64,000 bases of DNA from a virus. Its lineage: Duplodnaviria; Caudoviricetes. This document shows positions 36,996 to 45,321 of the stretch, piece after piece. The stretch's first letter is position 1, and the number at the start of each line of letters is the position of its first letter. The translations under genes were made by a program, and so were the position numbers. The DNA is taken from positions 32,001-96,000 of the IMG/VR virus record IMGVR_UViG_2706796186_000001, one strand, 5' to 3'. A model generated the notes under the pieces. The model searched no databases. It saw only the letters and a list, made by a program, of their open reading frames with translations, and had not been told where the DNA came from.

Positions 36996-38561
36996 TCAGA
37001 ATAAATCGTCGCCCATGCCACCGGTAAAGTGGTTGATAGAGGATGCCGTCACGGTCATCTCTTTGTCGCAATCCCAAGGTAGGATGCCAACGTCTGCAAA
37101 CGGTATAACAGTGTAATGATGTTTCTCATTGGTATCAATGATGGTACGGTGTTTACCACGTTGCACTTCTAAGAAGCTGTGACCGTTGACCACACGCTTG
37201 TTGAAGTACACCTCACCATCGGCTTCGTTATCCAGACTCGTACAGTTATCGTACAAGCCACGACCGGGCAGGTTCTTACAGAAGCCAACCGGGTCTACCG
37301 CTTTCAGACGTTTCCCTTCTGGAGAAATCTGGTGCGGTGCTAACAGGAAACCGTGGTTACGCACGACCTGAATGTTTCGGGCCATACGGTAAATCTCTTT
37401 GATGTCACTGCCTGCAATCCCGTTACCGTGTCCCGCTTTGTTGATGGTGCCAAGGTAGTCGGCACGAATCCCAACAACGTGGAAGCCGTCACGTTTGTAG
37501 TCAGTGATAAGGTCGTTCAGGTAATGCACTTTGAAATCGGTGTTCGTGTGTTTCTCAAACGAGTATTCCCACCCGTTCGCACGAATCTTACCAATCAGAT
37601 AATCAGCCATTTGCTGAACATGAGCAGCACGTTCTTCATCGGTGGCCGTCTCAGGCAGGGTCATTACCGGTGCAGCACCTTCAAAGTGACCGTAGATAGC
37701 CTGATAAGCGTAAGCGATGTTCACGTCCAGTTCGTTCTCAAGACTCAAGTCCAGAATCAATGGAGCCAAGTTACCTTTTACGTTCGCCATGACTTTTTCC
37801 GGTGTGTTAAACAACGGAACCGAGATAGCGGTCAAGAGACTAAACAGAGACTTACAGTTAAATGGCAGCGCAGGCATGAGCCACAATTCTTCGGTAATCC
37901 CTTTGTTACACCCCATCATTTGATTGATGGCTTTCCAACCGGTCTTCAAACCGTTACCGGCAACCTTACGGTTAATGTCGCTGAACGTCTTCACAAACGG
38001 TGCTCGGTCTGTGGTAATCAGCTTGTTCACCTGTGAAGGAATCTTATTATGAGAACGTTCACCGAACGTGGCCATCGATCCCGTCAGATCTTTCAGCGCT
38101 GTCTGGAGGTCAACGCGGGTTTCTGTTCCGTTCAACACGCCGAGTGTACGACCAAGGTATTGCTTTAACTGCACGCCTTGGATTGCCTGACGCAATTGGA
38201 AATAATATTGGGAGAGGGTTTTGTTCAGATAGTCGATACGTTCTTCTTCGGCTTCCGGCAATTCCTCAGCATCCATGAATTTCACAATCACATCGTATAG
38301 AGGGCGTGTTTGCGTGGTTGCCAGTTTCAAGCGCTTCATGACATTGGTGTGGTTGTATTCCATACCACCGTCGATGACTGATGTTATAATGTCTTTGATT
38401 TCAGCTAATGCCGAGCGCTCGTCACCTTCTTCGACGTAATCGGGGAGCTTGACCTCGTGGAGCACTTTTCTTATGACGTCATGATCTTTATCGGGCTCAG
38501 ACAGAAGGCTCTCTGCGTATAAGGCGGCTAAGGCTGTTATCAACATCATTTTACTATTCAT
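36996..38561 (-). CDS. dnaB: DnaB-like replicative helicase (phiKZ gp118-like)
   Basis: LKTGWKAINQMMG, variant Walker A ALPFNCKS, LSLEN, Walker B RADYL, HQIS, RGKHR; divergent from capsid genes. Confidence 0.85.
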   Translation of the reverse strand: MNSKMMLITALAALYAESLLSEPDKDHDVIRKVLHEVKLPDYVEEGDERSALAEIKDIITSVIDGGMEYNHTNVMKRLKLATTQTRPLYDVIVKFMDAEELPEAEEERIDYLNKTLSQYYFQLRQAIQGVQLKQYLGRTLGVLNGTETRVDLQTALKDLTGSMATFGERSHNKIPSQVNKLITTDRAPFVKTFSDINRKVAGNGLKTGWKAINQMMGCNKGITEELWLMPALPFNCKSLFSLLTAISVPLFNTPEKVMANVKGNLAPLILDLSLENELDVNIAYAYQAIYGHFEGAAPVMTLPETATDEERAAHVQQMADYLIGKIRANGWEYSFEKHTNTDFKVHYLNDLITDYKRDGFHVVGIRADYLGTINKAGHGNGIAGSDIKEIYRMARNIQVVRNHGFLLAPHQISPEGKRLKAVDPVGFCKNLPGRGLYDNCTSLDNEADGEVYFNKRVVNGHSFLEVQRGKHRTIIDTNEKHHYTVIPFADVGILPWDCDKEMTVTASSINHFTGGMGDDLF

Positions 38562-38574
38562 GGAGCATCCTTCA

Positions 38575-39114
38575 ATGCGAATTCGTTTTAGCCCTGCATG
38601 GGAAGTTCAACCTAACATAGATAAAGTAGCCAGCGTTAAAAAGTTGGAATTACTCCAACCGCTGTTCTTTAACTGGTTATATGACTGTGCTCCTGTTGCA
38701 TTCAGTTCAAAGCTGTTGCCGGACTGCTCGCGTGAAACCATCTACAAATCGTTGATGGCACCTCCGCTGCTTCCAGTTAAATATTATGACCAGGTGTTTG
38801 ACTTGGTTAGACAAGGTTCGAAAGAGTCCCTTTCCGATTTATATGGGGAAGCTTTCACCGAACAGTTACGCTGGGCTTTTGTCCAACGTAACGATGTTAT
38901 AGTGGCGTCTCTAGTTGAAGCGAAGGCCGGACATCCGGGTTTCACCCTCAGCGACGAACGCGCCGCGAAAAAGACGTTCTGCGCAGAACTTTTTAAATAT
39001 GTGCGTACCAAGACTCGCGTCGTGGATGATTCATTCAGCACGTCTACGCAGTTTGCTGCTCATGAAGTGCTGACGCAACTCTACGCATGTCATTTATCAC
39101 ACAAGGTAACTTGA
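38575..39114 (+). CDS. Conserved protein preceding major capsid (phiKZ gp119-like)
   Basis: GGAG SD 9 nt before ATG 38575 (alternative ATG 38560); synteny. Confidence 0.65.
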   Translation: MRIRFSPAWEVQPNIDKVASVKKLELLQPLFFNWLYDCAPVAFSSKLLPDCSRETIYKSLMAPPLLPVKYYDQVFDLVRQGSKESLSDLYGEAFTEQLRWAFVQRNDVIVASLVEAKAGHPGFTLSDERAAKKTFCAELFKYVRTKTRVVDDSFSTSTQFAAHEVLTQLYACHLSHKVT

Positions 39115-39115
39115 A

Positions 39116-41437
39116 ATGAAAGAAACTCGAATCTCCAATCTGGAGCGACTGATTGAGCAAGGCAACACTCTGGTTGCTAACTCAGCAGTTGGCACCACCA
39201 CTGCGGATCTGTGGAAAACTGTTGCAGTTGGCGAATCTGTTCGTAGTAACGCACATGCATTCTCTACCGCTGTAAATAGCGCTGGGCAGGCGTATGCTGC
39301 TGTATACGGCGGTAAGCCAATGTCGCACGCGGCACAGGTTGCTTCTGCCATGATTCTTTCTGCCATGGGCAACGAAGAAGAGTTCATGTCCAAGCCTGCT
39401 CGCGAATCTTCCGACAAGCGCTGGAACAACTACATGGAAGTTGCCATCCCTGGCCAAGCTTCCCTGAACGCTGACTACGGTAAAACACCGCTGGTTGCGA
39501 CTGAATACTACACCAACAAAGATCTGGACAAAAACCTGGGTCTGACTTGGACTCTGAACGTCCGCGCGCTGGAAACCCAGTCTGCGTTCGCTGAGAAACT
39601 GTTCCCGACCATCACTGTTGACACCAACGACGTTGGTATCACCGTGCGTACCAAAATCACCACCGTAACCCGTGGTATTCTGAACGCGCTGCTGGCGAAA
39701 GACAGCGTCATCGACGATCGTAAACCGCTGCACAACGCACTGACCGACCACACCGTACTGCAAGACGATGCTATCCGCATCGTGCCGTACGTGATGGAAG
39801 ACGGCGACAACGCCGAATACTTCGTGAGCGATGACATCATCGAAAACGAAACTGTGCGTCTGGGCCGTGTGCCGCCGTACCCGACTAACTATCTGGACAT
39901 CAGCAAGCTGAAAGGCAACCTGTTCCGTCTGGCAGCGCATCCGGGTATCGTAGCTGAAGGTTACGACGAAACTGACGAAATCGCACCGGGTGCTGCACTG
40001 GGCTCGCTGCTGGTTTCTGTCCGTAAGCCGGGCGACGATGTGAAGGCTGGTAAGAAAATCATCCTGAACACTCGCGACATGCAGTTTGCAAGCTTCCAGC
40101 GTCCTCCTGAAGGTGACGGTCGTGAGCTGGTCCTCCAGTTCCGTCGTACTCAGTTCGCGCTGAACGGCGACTCTCTGGATTACAAAGGCGATGACATCCC
40201 TGCGCTGTCTGCCCTGAAACAGAGCAAGTACACCCTGCGCTACGTGATCAACATCACCATGAGCCTGTTCACCAACGGTCAGCGCTCCGGCCAGTACGAA
40301 ATCAGCGGTGCCAACCTGTCTATTGAAGACCTGGTTGATGCAACTGGTGCAGAAGTGTCGATGGATTCCGGTATCGGTAAAACCATCATGGACAACCTGA
40401 AAATCGAACTGCTGGGCTGGCGCTTCGACGGTACTCGTACCAACGAGAACCGGAGAACTCAGGGCCTGCTGCTGGACCCGGTCTGGGAACAAGAGAACTA
40501 CAAGCTGCAATACGGTTCTCCGATCATGACCAAACAGCCGGTTGGCGTTGAATACGACGACGCTGAACGTCTGGATGACCTGGTGTCTGCGGTTAACATC
40601 CGTAACGAAATGCTGGCCATCACGCAGACCCTGTCTTACACCGATGCGGTTAAGCAGGCGAAAGCAACTATGGTTACACAGTGGGATAAAACTGCTATCC
40701 GCGGTCTGGGTCGCCACTGGGTTGCTCCGTGGTACGAAGAAGTTGACTTCAACGTTGACAAAATCGTCCAGTCTCTGGAAACCAAAGACGCGCTGATCAA
40801 CGCCCGTCAGGCGCTGCTGCAACGTATCGCTGACCAGGTAACTCGTGCTATCCAGGATAGCCGTTACATGCCTGCTCTGCGTCTGTTGACTGCAAACCCG
40901 CAAGCTGTACCGAAAGTTGTGATTGCAACTGACGAACCTACTGCTGCAATGCTGCTGCTGCAAGTTGGTGAAACTCGCCTGCTGGGCGACCGTTACGACT
41001 ACGAAGTTGTGACCACCAACGATGACCGCTGGCGCATCAAGAACGAGGCTGACGGTTCTTGGACTCGTCGCCTGCAATGGGTTCTGAAAGTTGACGGTGT
41101 TGAAGAAGGTTCTTACTGTGTTCTGAACTGGGGTAACCACTTCTGGTCTCCGATCATGGTAACCAACATCAACATCCAGCGTAACGGTTCTACCAGCAAA
41201 GAACTTGCTGTGCAGCCTCGTAACGCGCACATCTGCCACTGCCCGATCACTGGTCTGATCTGGGTTAAAGGTATCACCAAACTGGTTGAGCAGAAACTGG
41301 CTTACAACGTTGTTACCACTCAGAGTGGCGACGGCGCAACCGCAGGCGGCAACGCAGGCGATGTAGCTGGTGATGCTGGTACCGCTGGTGTTACCACTCA
41401 GAGCGCCGGTACTTCTACCACTGCTCCGAAAAGCTAA
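39116..41437 (+). CDS. Major capsid protein precursor (phiKZ gp120 / SPN3US gp75-like)
   Basis: 773 aa, extreme codon bias, ATE at residue 130 as candidate maturation site, LELLGWRFDGTRTNENRR..GLL and VQPRN motifs; lies between dnaB and an RNAP beta gene. Confidence 0.9.
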   Translation: MKETRISNLERLIEQGNTLVANSAVGTTTADLWKTVAVGESVRSNAHAFSTAVNSAGQAYAAVYGGKPMSHAAQVASAMILSAMGNEEEFMSKPARESSDKRWNNYMEVAIPGQASLNADYGKTPLVATEYYTNKDLDKNLGLTWTLNVRALETQSAFAEKLFPTITVDTNDVGITVRTKITTVTRGILNALLAKDSVIDDRKPLHNALTDHTVLQDDAIRIVPYVMEDGDNAEYFVSDDIIENETVRLGRVPPYPTNYLDISKLKGNLFRLAAHPGIVAEGYDETDEIAPGAALGSLLVSVRKPGDDVKAGKKIILNTRDMQFASFQRPPEGDGRELVLQFRRTQFALNGDSLDYKGDDIPALSALKQSKYTLRYVINITMSLFTNGQRSGQYEISGANLSIEDLVDATGAEVSMDSGIGKTIMDNLKIELLGWRFDGTRTNENRRTQGLLLDPVWEQENYKLQYGSPIMTKQPVGVEYDDAERLDDLVSAVNIRNEMLAITQTLSYTDAVKQAKATMVTQWDKTAIRGLGRHWVAPWYEEVDFNVDKIVQSLETKDALINARQALLQRIADQVTRAIQDSRYMPALRLLTANPQAVPKVVIATDEPTAAMLLLQVGETRLLGDRYDYEVVTTNDDRWRIKNEADGSWTRRLQWVLKVDGVEEGSYCVLNWGNHFWSPIMVTNINIQRNGSTSKELAVQPRNAHICHCPITGLIWVKGITKLVEQKLAYNVVTTQSGDGATAGGNAGDVAGDAGTAGVTTQSAGTSTTAPKS

Positions 41438-41456
41438 GCCTTAGGCTAACGCGGAA

Positions 41457-41493
41457 TACCCTACTCCTTCGGGAGTAGGGTTTTTCTTTTTTT
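41457..41493 (+). terminator. Intrinsic terminator
   Basis: ACCCTACTCC-TTCG-GGAGTAGGGT plus T-run. Confidence 0.9.
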
Positions 41494-41506
41494 GTCTAAA
41501 TTTTTT

Positions 41507-41528
41507 GAGATAGATATTATCTAAGGGA
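41507..41528 (+). promoter_or_regulatory. Putative early promoter
   Basis: GAGATAGATATTATCTAAGGGA. Confidence 0.75.
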
Positions 41529-41562
41529 AGCAACAACCTTTTCATTTATAAGGAGTATTATC

Positions 41563-42315
41563 GTGGATATCGATTTGTTACCGGTAGTTGAGTTTACTGG
41601 CGTGAGTAGTGTTACCCCCGTCTTTAACGGACGCGGTTACATTGTTCAATTCACCAACACATCGTACGGGCGTATGTGGACAAACTTCGAGTGTATCGAG
41701 ACGCCTATCTATTTAAGCAGTGATGCTCACGCAGCATTGCTTGCCTATATCGCGGAGCAGAAGAAGCTAGCAGAAAAGAACGACGGTTGGGGTTACAGTT
41801 CTGAATTCTTGGTTCTCGGCAATGTCCGTTTCTGCTCCCAACACTTTAGTGTGCATTGTGGTCCTGCTGAGGAACGTGTCCATCATCTAACCGAACTCTA
41901 CGTGGCGTTGGCCAACGGTCTGATGTTGAATGACACGTACGAGTGGAAGCCACTTCCATGGGGCCATGAAGGTTCGATTGTTTCGCACTCGAAGCGCCCA
42001 GACGCTGAACTAATCATTTCGGCTGATCAGGGAATGGTAACGTACCTGCGACAAGAGTTCGTCGAATCCCCACACGGACACCACCATTTGCAAGCCCTGT
42101 TTAGGGAACGCAACTATGAACAGATGGAGAGTCCGGTTGTTGAGACAGATATCGAACTTATCAACCTAGCCGATCGTCTTTATAACATCGCCTCGACGGG
42201 TACATTCCCAAACGATGGTTACACGCTGTCTTTGGAACTCGGTTTGGGTAAACTGGACATCGCGAAGATGGACAAAGCCCGACTCCTGAAATTGGCTGAA
42301 ACCCTTATCCCGTAA
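41563..42315 (+). CDS. Hypothetical early protein
   Basis: TAAGGAG SD, GTG start, 250 aa. Confidence 0.75.
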   Translation: MDIDLLPVVEFTGVSSVTPVFNGRGYIVQFTNTSYGRMWTNFECIETPIYLSSDAHAALLAYIAEQKKLAEKNDGWGYSSEFLVLGNVRFCSQHFSVHCGPAEERVHHLTELYVALANGLMLNDTYEWKPLPWGHEGSIVSHSKRPDAELIISADQGMVTYLRQEFVESPHGHHHLQALFRERNYEQMESPVVETDIELINLADRLYNIASTGTFPNDGYTLSLELGLGKLDIAKMDKARLLKLAETLIP

Positions 42316-42367
42316 CATTTTTACGCCAGAGGCATAGCCTATGTGCCTCTTTGAATCCACGCATTCT

Positions 42368-42389
42368 GAGATAGATATTATCTCTGTGA
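42368..42389 (+). promoter_or_regulatory. Putative early promoter
   Basis: GAGATAGATATTATCTCTGTGA; upstream of the operon carrying an nvRNAP subunit. Confidence 0.75.
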
Positions 42390-42422
42390 ATTGACGATTG
42401 GTTTTAAAGCTGGAAGTAAATA

Positions 42423-43514
42423 ATGAAACGACATAATCTAGATATCGCACCGGTTATCTCGAAGAAGCCTATTCGGCATAACGCCCTTAGGAAAACCTTC
42501 ACTTACGAGAATAACACCGGCACGCCAGTCTACGTTACGGATTCAACAGGGTCGTACATTATCATTGAGCCCAAGAGAAATGTTATTTCACCGAACGCTA
42601 TCGTGGTCTATGTCACGTACAGCATTCCGGCGGGAATGGCAAACCTCATCGGCATCGCAGACACCCTACCTGCGGCTGTCTATCAGAATCTGTGTCGTGA
42701 GCTGGATAGATTTGGTGAATCCACGCTGATGTACATCGTGGAAGATCCCGTACCCATTTTACGTGGAGAAGCTATTGTATTGGAGAACCTGGGGTTATCC
42801 TTCTCGGTTCGCCCATTAGAATTAGATAAGACACCTGTTCATCGCAATGGCCAAGCGACGGAACTGACGTTGGGTATTGTTGTAGTGCAGCGCCACGATG
42901 ACACACGCGTAATAAAGTGGGTGCGGTATTACAACACGATGGTTCAGGTGGTTCCAATCAAGGCGAAGTTTTACGAGCCGGGAATGTATCTGGTGATGAT
43001 GAGTGGAGATATTGTAGAAGGAAGTCGACTGCTACATTTCGACTTCGATGACCCAATGTCACCGATGCGGGGATTTGAAACAGAAGAAGCAGCTCGCCAG
43101 TTCAGGTGGGTTACGGATGCAGTTCCTGCATTAACTGATCTCAGAAACAAACTCGAAGCGCAAATCGCCGCCAACGACTTGTCTCATGCCCAGCACAAGC
43201 AACAATTAGATGTTGAGCATAGACGCAAGCTTAACGAAATGACAATCGAACGGGAGCAACAGGCCGCCCTCTTCAGGGAACTGGAGATGAAGGTTAAACA
43301 GCGAGCAGAAGAACGAAAAGACAGCTTTGATGAACGGTCTACATTACGTAAAGACCATTACGACGAACGGTCGACCGTCAGGAAAGACCAATCGGATGAA
43401 CGTAAGGAACATTACGAAAACCGTTCACAGACACGTAAAGACGCGTCTGAAACATTGAAAGCTATCCCGGCGATATTAGCAGCGGGGGTGGCTATCGTAG
43501 CGATGCTTATGTGA
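42423..43514 (+). CDS. Conserved protein with coiled coil, 11-aa repeats and C-terminal hydrophobic anchor (phiKZ gp122-like)
   Basis: RKDxxDERSxx repeats; ends AIPAILAAGVAIVAMLM. Confidence 0.65.
   Translation: MKRHNLDIAPVISKKPIRHNALRKTFTYENNTGTPVYVTDSTGSYIIIEPKRNVISPNAIVVYVTYSIPAGMANLIGIADTLPAAVYQNLCRELDRFGESTLMYIVEDPVPILRGEAIVLENLGLSFSVRPLELDKTPVHRNGQATELTLGIVVVQRHDDTRVIKWVRYYNTMVQVVPIKAKFYEPGMYLVMMSGDIVEGSRLLHFDFDDPMSPMRGFETEEAARQFRWVTDAVPALTDLRNKLEAQIAANDLSHAQHKQQLDVEHRRKLNEMTIEREQQAALFRELEMKVKQRAEERKDSFDERSTLRKDHYDERSTVRKDQSDERKEHYENRSQTRKDASETLKAIPAILAAGVAIVAMLM
43314..43451 (+). repeat. Degenerate 33-nt / 11-aa coding tandem repeat
   Basis: RKDSFDERSTL RKDHYDERSTV RKDQSDE RKEHYENRSQT RKDASE. 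Confidence 0.8.
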
Positions 43515-43527
43515 GAGGAGAGAATGT

Positions 43528-45297
43528 GTGTTTGCAGATGCGATAAAAGAGTTAAAGGCGTCCGGTAAGATTGTCCCCTTTAACCGCGCAGTGGCAGAAG
43601 GCGTCGGCTATGCACAAGCAAAAGATGGTATCCATGAACGGGTGTACGGGATTCTGAAACGCGAACTCACGTACGATGCAGAAACCAACCCAAGATTGCC
43701 CATCGGGTTAGCGGTGCAACAATATCGTTTCATGTCACCATTCGAAGCCTTTATCTTTAAGGTGGCAAAGGCAGACAATCGTCAAGCACGGGGTCGTGCA
43801 CCAGTCTCCATTGCCAGAACCGATCAGTATATGATCATGGCCAACATCCGTATTCCGGGAGAGAACAGACTTACTGCACGTCCGATGTATCTGCCGTTTA
43901 TACGTCGCGGTGGATTGATGTACTCGTGGGGTACTTTGTACCATGTTGCGCCGGTGATTCACCAACCGGGTATCTGTCGCGAGCACGGCGGTATCTTCAT
44001 TAACTTCGACTTCACCCGTAAAGTCTCACTGAAATTCTGTAAGCACTCAGTGAAGATTCTGGTTAACGGGAAAAAGGAGGAAATCTTCCTGCCGGGTACA
44101 TCGAACCTGTACGTCCCTAAAACGACGCAGGGACAAGATTCCGATGAGAAGCCTCTGTTGTATTGGTTGTTCGGTAAGTACGGCTTTAAAGAAGCTGTAG
44201 AGCGTTATACGGGCGCACGCGTTGCCATTTGGCCATCGTACAATCTCAAGTCTATTGATTTGGATAAATACGTGGTGGTGCAATCGGGTGAACCGCAACT
44301 GGGTAAAAACATCCAGTATGCGATTGTTGTCCGTCGCGAAGATTTACCGAGCACCGAGAAGTCGCGCTGGGATCAGAACGAACACATGCTGTTGGCGATG
44401 TGTGCAGCTTTCTACAAAGCAGCGCATTTCTACGCAGGCCGTCGTACTGGTCGGAGTCAGCAACGTAACGCATTGGCACCTCTGTTCACCTCTATCAACG
44501 AATTCGATGTTGATGGTGACATTGCCAACCTGAACTCTAAGGATATCTGGAAGGAGATTCTGGGACGCAGTATTCAGGGTACGAAGCCTTCTGATGTGGA
44601 TTTGCTGCGAAGCATGAACAGCCACTTCATGGAGTGTGAGCGTTATGTGAACAACACGTTCCGTGCCGAACTCATGGCGGTGGACCCGGACATCGATCCA
44701 GAGATGGATATGTTCGACTTCCTGTACTACACCACCAAGATGATGGTTCGCACACGTTTGACCAAGCAGGATGATTTCTCGTCCATGTACGGCAAACGCT
44801 TAACCGTTACCGATTACCTGTTGCTGGCACCAAAAGGTTTCACCAGTACGATCTCCAACATCCGTTGGCGGTTGAGTCAGCTGGAGAACCGGACAGCCGA
44901 AAGTTGCCACGAAACCATTCGTGATGAGTTGAATAAGAAGATTGTACCTAACCTTGTCTGTCGTGGTATCACGTCGAACGGGGGCATCAACTTCTTCAAT
45001 GCATCTACTGAATCGATGGTACTGGCGGTCTCTACGCACGCAATTGGTCAGACGGAAACAGACAGTAAACGCGGTAAGAAAGGTAAGACCGTTAACCTTA
45101 ACGACCGTACCAAACACGCTTCGGCGTCGCACCTTGAATGTGGTAACGTACACTTCATTCCGAAGTCTGCCCCGTTCAAGTCTAACATCCTCAATGCATA
45201 TATGGTGACCAGCCGCCAGCTTGTGATGATGCGTAACCCGAAACTGAAGAAAGAAATCGAAGCCGCCGAGATTGACATCGCGCAAATCGGCCGATAA
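43528..45297 (+). CDS. Non-virion RNA polymerase beta subunit, N-terminal half (phiKZ gp123-like)
   Basis: MYLPFIRRGGLMYSWGTLYHVAPV (RpoB G..P.M...G.F.ING..RV-like), SMYGKRL (= LGNRR), HASASHLECG; synteny after capsid. Confidence 0.75.
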   Translation: MFADAIKELKASGKIVPFNRAVAEGVGYAQAKDGIHERVYGILKRELTYDAETNPRLPIGLAVQQYRFMSPFEAFIFKVAKADNRQARGRAPVSIARTDQYMIMANIRIPGENRLTARPMYLPFIRRGGLMYSWGTLYHVAPVIHQPGICREHGGIFINFDFTRKVSLKFCKHSVKILVNGKKEEIFLPGTSNLYVPKTTQGQDSDEKPLLYWLFGKYGFKEAVERYTGARVAIWPSYNLKSIDLDKYVVVQSGEPQLGKNIQYAIVVRREDLPSTEKSRWDQNEHMLLAMCAAFYKAAHFYAGRRTGRSQQRNALAPLFTSINEFDVDGDIANLNSKDIWKEILGRSIQGTKPSDVDLLRSMNSHFMECERYVNNTFRAELMAVDPDIDPEMDMFDFLYYTTKMMVRTRLTKQDDFSSMYGKRLTVTDYLLLAPKGFTSTISNIRWRLSQLENRTAESCHETIRDELNKKIVPNLVCRGITSNGGINFFNASTESMVLAVSTHAIGQTETDSKRGKKGKTVNLNDRTKHASASHLECGNVHFIPKSAPFKSNILNAYMVTSRQLVMMRNPKLKKEIEAAEIDIAQIGR

Positions 45298-45321
45298 GTA
45301 TACTTTAAGGAGAATCATTTA

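Noticed and set aside
36850-37077. 75-aa minus-strand ORF after dnaB, and 36603-36860 with its TTG start
   Set aside because: Both run through hairpins/terminators and lack an SD; only the ATG at 36717 has SD support
39182-41239. 685-aa minus-strand ORF opposite the major capsid gene (similar ones at 26051-27130, 25126-25884, 45985-46899, 53193-54038)
   Set aside because: Antisense shadows of strongly codon-biased genes; no SD, no motifs, unnatural composition
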